Shown piece by piece: positions 10,427 to 18,588 of a stretch of 18,588 nt of DNA (position 1 is its first letter; each line of letters starts with the position of its first letter). A program made the translations under genes and the position numbers. Where the stretch lies: positions 50,653 to 69,240 of the forward strand of contig JAQGDQ010001027.1 of NCBI GenBank assembly GCA_030141605.1. The letters are read 5' to 3'. Origin of the DNA: Tubiluchus corallicola. Its lineage: Eukaryota; Animalia; Priapulida. Below the pieces are notes generated by a model that searched no databases, was not told where the DNA came from, and saw only the letters and a program-made list of their open reading frames with translations.

Positions 10427-11024
10427 ACGCCCGTCACGTCTATTGTAGACATTGTGCAGGCAGAATTCTAAAATAAAAGAAATCTGCCTTCAGACAGGTA
10501 AACGCAGCAGTAACCCAGCAAAAAAACCTAGACACTGCTACGCCGGTGGCTTGTCAGCACCACTTCCGTTCCAATGTAAACTAATGTATGGCCGTCTAAA
10601 CGCGGTTAATGTTAAGTGTTCTCTACGATACAGTATCTACACATTACGAATGAATCAGTTTGATAGAAAGCTTTTATAACATTCGATATTCATTATATCT
10701 AAAAATAGGTTAGATACAATATCACGTATGCCCTGTTACCTTTACAAAGTCAAAACTACCTATGAATGCGGCTTCAACAGGTGTATGAAATGGCGATTGT
10801 TTTACATTTGCTTCACTCCGTGACAAAGACAAGATATCTTTTTAAAGGGAAAACTATTTGTGGCAGTAAAGTGTTATGTTCACTGTTAATGAGCACTAAT
10901 TATAAACACGTTCATTTACAGTAATTAAATTAAAAAAACTGAATCTGAACAAAGTTAACTCTTCCTGAACTAGTAACTGATGTTTTCTGTACCTTCTTTG
11001 ATGTAAAATACATCGAAATATTAA

Positions 11025-11558
11025 AGGAGAGGTCAAGCCTTTTATGAGATTGGGTTATTTCAAAGCTCGCGAAAAATGTTAAATGGATTTAGTAATAAAA
11101 TTGCAATAAGCGCCTCGTGTAACTAGTAAAATCATTTAAAGTCGCGATCACTTCACGCTTGGGCGCTCCAATTTTCAATGCCCTTTCTTCTTCCAATGAC
11201 GTCATTCGTCTTGAAGAACACTGTCAATCTTCATCAAAAGTTTTTATAAAGAAATTAGCTAATTTTATAATACTTTAGCGTGAACATTAGGTAAGCTGCA
11301 GAAGTTTGAATTAGTTTAAACAACGCGCGCTTACGGAAAGCCACGACGAGATTACGAAAAATCACGAAGTCTCCCAGTTGCGTCATTATTCTCAAGTGAA
11401 TGGCGGCAACCACCACGCCTGAAAAATTCTATTCAGAGGTAGTATATTTTAAATATATACTTTATAGACAGTTCTTTGCAAATTTCTTTATTATATTTTT
11501 CAAAGTTTAAGTGACAACAGTAAAATAAACCAACATACTGAGTGACTTTTTCTTTCCT
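11025..11558 (+). mobile_element. Kolobok/T2-type MITE family 2, diverged copy
   Basis: TTAA (11021-11024) + AGGAGAGG, colinear with 5096-5669 (e.g. GGATTTAGTAATAAAA, GCCTCGTGTAACTAGTAAA, GAATGGCGGCAACCAC). It ends CTTTCCT and the right TTAA has decayed. Confidence 0.85.
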
Positions 11559-11691
11559 TAGCATATTAATATTATTATTTAACTAATATTTCACTACTAT
11601 ATTATTATTTTTATTATCACTAATGTTAAGTCCAGTAGCCGTCCACTTCAAAGAAGTTCCGGAAAGGTCACTGCTGCAAAATGGTAAGTCG

Positions 11692-11708
11692 TGACCTTTC
11701 AGTGACCT
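11692..11708 (-). promoter_or_regulatory. Consensus DR5 nuclear-receptor motif (AGGTCA-N5-AGGTCA); function unproven
   Basis: The plus strand reads TGACCT-TTCAG-TGACCT. This is a motif match only and lies within a degenerate local repeat. Confidence 0.25.
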
Positions 11709-12111
11709 TTATGAAACATATGACTTTTCCTAGTAACGACCTATCAGCGACTGCTATGAAAGTCACGATCTTTCACAGATCTGACCATTAAGCGACCTCT
11801 ATGTTACGCATGTCCATTTATAGCGCTTACGTAGCCGATTAGCGTCCGTCTGTTTGACATACAGAAGAATAAAGTTCATCGAATTTTTCCCAAAATGGGA
11901 AAACGTCTTTAAGTGCAAACAGTTTAATCTAGTGTGGATTTACTATAAAATGACGGTCTATTAATTAAAATTTACGACGCTCGTAAGCACTTATCAATAA
12001 ATTACAGCAGCGTGAGCTGCATAATTATTATCAAATTACTTATGCACTAATAAAACTATCATCTCTCGAGGTCACCTACAGTAGAATATTATATAATTAG
12101 GTTATTGTGTT

Positions 12112-12332
<221 letters not shown>

Positions 12333-12355
12333 TCGTTCGTGAGGCGGATTAGCAT

Positions 12356-13000
12356 TTGGGTTAGGATTAGAATTAGAATTAGTGCAAGGATAGGGGTTGG
12401 GATTAGGATTAGTGTTAGTGTTAGAGTTAGGGCTAGGGTTGGGATAGAGTTAAGCTTGGGTTTGTGTTAAGGGTTGGAGTTGTGTTAGTGTTAGGGTTAG
12501 GGTTATGATAGAGTTAGGGTTAGGGTTAGGGTTAGGATTAGGACTAGTGTTGGGTTAGCGTTAGGGTAGGGGTAGGTTAAGGTTAGGGTTGGGTTAGTGT
12601 TAGGGTTAGTGTTGGGTTAGTGTTATAGTTTGGGTTAGGGATAGGGTCAGTGCTGGGTTAGTGTTAGAGTTTGGGTTAGGGTTAGGGGTAGGTTAGTGTT
12701 AGAATTTGGGTTAGGCTTAGGGGTAGGTTAGTGTTAGAAGTTGGGTTAGGGTTAGTGTTAGGGTTAGGGTTAGTGTTAGGGTTATGGTTAGGGGTAGGTT
12801 AGTGTTAGGGTTGGGTTAGGGTTAGTGCTGGGTTACTGTTAGAGTTTGGGTTAGGGTTAGGCGTAGGTTAGTGTTAGAGTTTGGGTTAGGGTTAGGCGTA
12901 GGTTAGTGTTAGGGTTGGGTTAGGGTTAGTGGTAGGTTTGTGTTAGTGTTAGGGTTAGGCTTGGGTTAGTGTTAGCATTGGGTTAAGGTTAGGGCTAGGG
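12356..13000 (+). repeat. Degenerate interstitial telomere-like (TTAGGG)n array
   Basis: TTAGGG is mixed with TTAGTG, TTGGG, TTAGAG and GTAGG variants. The longest perfect run I see is 3 units (12514-12531). Non-telomeric DNA lies on both sides. Confidence 0.92.
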
Positions 13001-13631
13001 CATTTAAACCGTATAGGGAATGGCGGACACCTACCGAAATTTTTTATATTTTTCGCCATTTTCCTGTGCGACAGTTAGCAGCTTTAGGCAAATATAAATA
13101 CAACTTGAAACAACTTTAAACTGACACTTATACAAACAAGAGGAGAGATCTTAGACGGCCTAAAGCAAAACATTCGAGAAAATGAACCTCGAAATAGAGA
13201 ATATTCCAACGACGTGAAAACGTTAAAACGTCACCAGGCGGCGCTTAAACATTTCACCTTCACTCACTCGAGACATTTCTCAGCTTTCCTGCCTTCAGAT
13301 GCGAATTACACGATTTTTTGCGGTGGCTTTTCAAACGCCCAGAAGTCGGTTTGGATGTAATCTCTGTAAACTTGTGAAGAGAGGCTTTGAATTCAGCGGT
13401 ACACGGGCAGCTGTCAACGACAAAAGTGGCAAGATCAGAGACAAGTTTTTGCAAGATCGGTCATTTTGCAAGATCGGTCAGTGTTACAGACAGATGCGAG
13501 TTTGATGATAACTATCAGAGCCGCACGAGAGACGAGACAAAAGATTTTCAACTTCAAACCTTTCTGCTCGCAAATTATTTTCAAATTAAAATCCTAAACT
13601 ATCCTACCTTAAACTACGTCTATAAACCATA

Positions 13632-14174
13632 TAGTGAAAGGAAACGTACTATTTTTTACGTAAAAGAATTATTACCACACAAACACAATTTCGCGTTCGC
13701 GCCACTAGTTCTTCGCCATTACATGCATTTCACCATTCGCTAGTTAGACGGGCACTAGCGTCTGCATTTCGGAAACGCATTGCACAAAAACCAGATGTGC
13801 TGTACCTCTCATTTCAGATTTGTTAGTTTGTCACGTTCAACAGCTCATGCGTGAGCACAGCAGTAAATTTGAAATTTGAATTTTTGTCTTAAAACTTGCC
13901 TAGTTTTAGTACAACACACTGAGTATCTTACAGTAGCACTGTAGTTCCATTTTCGCTTTTGCAAACACGTGCAACACGCTCGTGGAATATTTTTGCTGTT
14001 GAAAATTATGTTAGTTTGTGATGTCATCAATAGTTGGGCTCGCTCGCCGCTAGTTAAGATTTAATGTATTATTTAATTATCAGAAACGCTTTTGCAGTAT
14101 TAATTGTGTTAAAATGTATACTTTTTATCGGAATTGAGAATGGGATAGTATATGAAAAATCATCCTGTCTTCGT
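13632..14174 (-). mobile_element. Kolobok/T2-type MITE family 1, inverted copy lacking the normal right end
   Basis: The plus strand ends ATCATCCTGTCTTCGT + TTAA (14175-14178). It is colinear with 8583-9150 back to about 13632. Confidence 0.85.
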
Positions 14175-14248
14175 TTAACTAATTTAACATTTAGATCTTA
14201 CAACATTTGCTAACAGTAACAGTAACAGTTGCCAACAGTGCAACGCTG

Positions 14249-14447
14249 TGCACAAAAAATAAATGCTGTACCTCTCATTATGGAGATGTTGATATGTGAC
14301 GTCATCACTAGTTGGGCTCACCTATCGCAACTTATTATTTAACTATTATTTATCAGAAACACTTTGGCATTGTTACAATTCTTAAGCTGTATCTTTTTCA
14401 CTGTACTTCAAAATGGCGTAGGATGTGAGAAATTATTGTGTTTTCTT
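14249..14447 (-). mobile_element. Old, internally deleted family 1 MITE fragment
   Basis: Blocks TGCTGTACCTCTCA, GTGACGTCATCACTAGTTGGGCTC, TTATCAGAAAC and ACTTCAAAATGG occur in family order, with a decayed end GTTTTCTT-GTAA. Confidence 0.65.
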
Positions 14448-14727
14448 GTAAGTTTGTTGAAAACAGCCTCAGATAATCGATCTCGTCATTTCGACACACA
14501 GACGTTTGAAAAAAAACATAAAATTGTTTTAGTTCAATACTTTTTATTTCCTTAAAATTGGGTGTCACACGCAAACGTCTGATTTCAAAGAAACTACAAA
14601 CACGGCCACTGATTGGTTGACACCATAGCTTACGTTTAGTTGTTTTTAGTCTAGACTAGACTGGACTAAACTAAATTAAACCAAACTTTTACGTCCAATC
14701 AGGCGTGACGTAAGCAATCTATTTTAA

Positions 14728-14881
14728 AGGAAGACAGAATGATTTTTCATATACTGCTCCATTTTCAAGTTCGGTAAAAGTATACATTTTAACATATATT
14801 AAAACAATAATTGTTATTGCGAAAGCGTTCCTGATAATTAAATACTGTATTGAAAACTTAATTAACGCCAGGCAAGTCCAA
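14728..14881 (+). mobile_element. Family 1 MITE left-end fragment
   Basis: TTAA (14724-14727) + AGGAAGACAGAATGATTTTTCATA. Homology stops at about 14881, some 40 bp before the satellite. Confidence 0.8.
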
Positions 14882-14922
14882 AGAATAGAAAATATCTTTT
14901 AAATCTCAAAAACTTTATTTGA

Positions 14923-14986
14923 GTCTTCTGTCTTCTTTCTTCTGTTTTCTGTCTTCTGTCTTCTTTCTTCTGTTTTCTGTCTTCTT

Positions 14987-15047
<61 letters not shown>

Positions 15048-15113
15048 TCTTTGTCTTCTGCTTCTGTCTTCTGTCTTCGCTGTCTTCTGGCTTCTGTCTT
15101 TTGTCTTCTGTCT

Positions 15114-15151
<38 letters not shown>

Positions 15152-15211
15152 ACTTTGTCTTCTGTCTTCTTTGTCTTCTGTCTTCTGGCTTCTGTCTTTT
15201 GTCTTCTGTCT

Positions 15212-15242
<31 letters not shown>

Positions 15243-15651
15243 ACTTTGTCTTCTGTCTTCTTTGTCTTCTGTCTTCTTTGTCTTCTGTCTTTTGTCTTCT
15301 TTGTCTTCTGTCTTCTGTCTTCTTTGTCTTCTGTCTTCTTTGTCTTCTGTCTTTTGTCTTCTTTGTCTTCTGTCTTCTGTCTACTTTGTCTTCTGTCTTC
15401 TTTGTCTTCTGTCTTCTTTGTCTTCTGTCTTTTGTCTTCTTTGTCTTCTGTCTTCTGTCTTCTTTGTCTTCTGTCTTTTGTCTTCTTTGTCTTCTGTCTT
15501 CTGTCTACTTTGTCTTCTGTCTTCTTTGTCTTCTGTCTTCTTTGTCTTCTGTCTTTTGTCTTCTGGCTTCTGTCTTCTGTCTTCTTTGTCTTCTGTCTTC
15601 TTTGTCTTCTGTCTTCGCTGTCTTCTGGCTTCTGTCTTTTGTCTTCTGTCT

Positions 15652-15689
<38 letters not shown>

Positions 15690-15749
15690 ACTTTGTCTTC
15701 TGTCTTCTTTGTCTTCTGTCTTCTGGCTTCTGTCTTTTGTCTTCTGTCT

Positions 15750-15780
<31 letters not shown>

Positions 15781-15986
15781 ACTTTGTCTTCTGTCTTCTT
15801 TGTCTTCTGTCTTCTTTGTCTTCTGTCTTTTGTCTTCTTTGTCTTCTGTCTTCTGTCTTCTTTGTCTTCTGTCTTCTTTGTCTTCTGTCTTCTGTCTTTT
15901 GTCTTCTTTGTCTTCTGTCTTCTGTCTACTTTGTCTTCTGTCTTCTTTGTCTTCTGTCTTCTTTGTCTTCTGTCTTTTGTCTTCTT

Positions 15987-16019
<33 letters not shown>

Positions 16020-16453
16020 TCTTTGTCTTCTGTCTTCTTTGTCTTCTGTCTTCTTTGTCTTCTGTCTTCTGTCTTCTTTGTCTTCTGTCTTCTTTGTCTT
16101 CTGTCTTCTGTCTTCTGTCTTCTTTGTCTTTTGTCTTCTTTGTCTTCTGTCTTCTGTCTTCTTTGTCTTCTGTCTACTTTGTCTTCTGTCTTCTTTGTCT
16201 TCTGTCTTCTGGCTTCTGTCTTTTGTCTTCTGTCTTCTTCTGTCTTCTGTCTTCTTCTGTCTTCTGTCTTCTGTCTTCTTTGTCTTCTGTCTTTTGTCTT
16301 CTTTGTCTTCTGTCTACTTTGTCTTCTGTCTTCTTTGTCTTCTGTCTTCTTTGTCTTCTGTCTTTTGTCTTCTGGCTTCTGTCTTCTGTCTTCTTTCTTC
16401 TGTCTTCTGTCTTCTGTCTTCCTGTCTTCTGGCTTCTGTCTTTTGTCTTCTGC

Positions 16454-16491
<38 letters not shown>

Positions 16492-16551
16492 ACTTTGTCT
16501 TCTGTCTTCTTTGTCTTCTGTCTTCTGTCTTCTGTCTTTTGTCTTCTGTCT

Positions 16552-16589
<38 letters not shown>

Positions 16590-16696
16590 TCTTTGTCTTC
16601 TGTCTTCTTTGTCTTCTGTCTTCTTTGTCTTCTGTCTTCTTTCTTCTGTCTTCTGTCTTCTTTGTCTTCTGTCTTCTTTGTCTTCTGTGTCTTCTT

Positions 16697-16729
<33 letters not shown>

Positions 16730-16772
16730 TCTTTGTCTTCTGTCTTCTTTGTCTTCTGTCTTCTGTCTTCTT

Positions 16773-16819
<47 letters not shown>

Positions 16820-16971
16820 TCTTTGTCTTCTGTCTTCTTTGTCTTCTGTCTTCTGTCTTCTCTTGTCTTCTTTGTCTTCTGTCTTCTGTCTTCTGTCTTC
16901 TTTGTCTTCTGTCTTCTGTCTTCTGTCTTCTTTGTCTTCTGTCTTCTGTCTTCTTTGTCTTCTGTCTTCTT

Positions 16972-17025
<54 letters not shown>

Positions 17026-17218
17026 TCTTTGTCTTCTGTCTTCTTTGTCTTCTGTCTTCTTTGTCTTCTGTCTTCTGTCTTCTGTCTTCCGTCTTCCGTC
17101 TTCTGTCTTCTTTGTCTTCTGTCTTCTTTGTCTTCTGTCTTCTGTCTTCTGTCTTCTTTGTCTTCTGTCTTCTGTCTTCTGTCTTTTTTGTCTTCCGTCT
17201 TCCGTCTTCTGTCTTCTT

Positions 17219-17251
<33 letters not shown>

Positions 17252-17310
17252 TCCGTCTTCCGTCTTCTGTCTTCTTTGTCTTCTGTCTTCTTTGTCTTCT
17301 TTGTCTTCTT

Positions 17311-17343
<33 letters not shown>

Positions 17344-17443
17344 TCTTTGTCTTCTGTCTTCTGTCTTCTGTCTTCTTTGTCTTCTGTCTTCTCTCTCTGT
17401 CTGTCTTCTGTCTTCTGTCTTCTGTCTTCTTTGTCTTCTGCTT

Positions 17444-17483
<40 letters not shown>

Positions 17484-17517
17484 CTCTTTGTCTTCTGTCT
17501 TCTGTCTTCTGTCTTCT
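14923..17517. repeat. ~2.6-kb simple satellite, 7-bp TGTCTTC unit mixed with 9-bp TGTCTTCTT and rarer variants
   Basis: Read directly. The plus strand is almost free of A, which removes stop codons and explains the three long ORFs. Confidence 0.98.
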
Positions 17518-18010
17518 TTAAAATTTTGAGCATAGCAACTCTCAGAAGAGCACCATCTTATTTTGAAGAAATCTATCTTATAAGATGAAACTTTCTGGCT
17601 TCTCTACTACTTCTAAATCAACTTCCTGGTCCTCTTCCTGACGAATCCCTGTAGAGAAGCCTGTAATCACATGACACCCCGCCCTACAATGACAATATTA
17701 ACATCTGGCGACATTTCACAGTTTTTCTGGTAACAAAGAAGCCCGCTAGGACGTTCCTCGACTTCACTGGCTTCATCAATCATGTCGGCATGTTTAATCT
17801 ATGCGTGTTTTGACACATTACCCAATAAGCAAAGTGCAATAATCCACGATGGTTAATTATCCAAATAATGTGAGTGTAAGTGATTCATTATGTATATTTA
17901 ATTAGTGTTACTTCATCACTGCTAATAACAAACACTTTGCAATCTCGCTTGGTAGTGAGACAGCCTTCAAACTAACGTAAATATGCATGTTTTTTTTTTT
18001 GTTAAATAGA

Positions 18011-18512
18011 AACAAGTTTTACTTGCATAAACCCAAAACTAGGCCATAATGTTTAAACTAAAGTTAATTTACATAATTATAGAAAATAACTATGGAACGA
18101 ACTCTGTAATCAAGCAAGCAGTTCTACTCTGGAATTCTCTACCATTGCAGGTTAAACAAATCAAGTCCCTGTCAGCATTTAAAACAAAATTAAAATCACT
18201 AATATTAACCAGATATGAAATACCATTACACCAGTACGACAACAAACACACTAATTTAGAATTTATATATCCACGGCCATATTAATTAAATCATAATTTT
18301 TTCATTTTTTTGGGCAAAGTTGTAAATATGTTTGATTTTATTCGTCGTTACTTTCCATTACTGTACAGTAGTTTAGATTGCACTGACGCATTTGCCTTTA
18401 GCAGTGTAAGTTTTTATTAACTAACACTGATTGATCATCTCTGTAAAGTTTTTATCAGTGTTTATCAATGTATTTTAATAGCAAATAAAGATTATATATA
18501 TATATATATATA
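18011..18512 (+). mobile_element. 5'-truncated CR1/L2-group LINE 3' end (ORF2 C-terminus, 3' UTR, tail)
   Basis: NYGTNSVIKQAVLLWNSLPLQVKQIKSLSAFKTKLKSLIL matches the WNxLP..K...S...FK..LK ORF2 C-terminal motif. It is followed by a stem AACACTGAT/ATCAGTGTT (18423-18462), AATAAA (18484) and a (TA)n tail. Confidence 0.8.
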
Positions 18513-18588
18513 AACGAAGAATAATCATTTTCTAACTTGCTGAATCATCTGTCAACACAGTGGTTTCTACAATGGCTTCTACAGTGGC

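Noticed and set aside
12356-13000. A true chromosome end
   Set aside because: The array is degenerate and more than 5 kb of ordinary sequence follows it.
14919-17588. Three 800-890 aa plus-strand ORFs and the 347-aa KTEDRRQ minus-strand ORF
   Set aside because: These are translations of a 7/9-bp satellite. The plus strand has almost no A, so it cannot form stops, and all frames give the same peptide.
18557-18588. Start of a 12-bp tandem repeat (ACAGTGGYTTCT)
   Set aside because: Fewer than three units before the window edge, so it cannot be established.

Overview
This is AT-rich eukaryotic (metazoan-type) non-coding DNA made up largely of repeats. I find no intact protein-coding gene, RNA gene or CRISPR array, and every long ORF in the track is an artefact of a satellite, a microsatellite or a MITE. 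The window holds seven copies or fragments of a ~600-bp TTAA-flanked, AGG-ended (Kolobok/T2-type) MITE family, two copies of a second such family, and one intact hAT (Charlie/Buster-type) MITE. There are two CR1/L2-group LINE remnants: an RT motif fragment and a 3' end. Tandem repeats include 35-, 40- and 17-bp arrays, (GAT)n, (ATC)n and (CA)108 microsatellites, a degenerate interstitial TTAGGG array and a 2.6-kb (GTCTTCT)n satellite. The most interesting signals are: (1) the satellite monomer equals the MITE's terminal motif and the array ends in a terminus-like ...CTGTCTTCT-TTAA; (2) a ~710-bp inverted duplication in which one MITE carries the same 142-bp extra 'head' in both arms; (3) a possible THAP-domain remnant inside one MITE copy; (4) repeats loaded with CRE and nuclear-receptor (DR1/DR4/DR5) motifs. 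These are hypotheses from reading the sequence, not evidence of a demonstrated new system.
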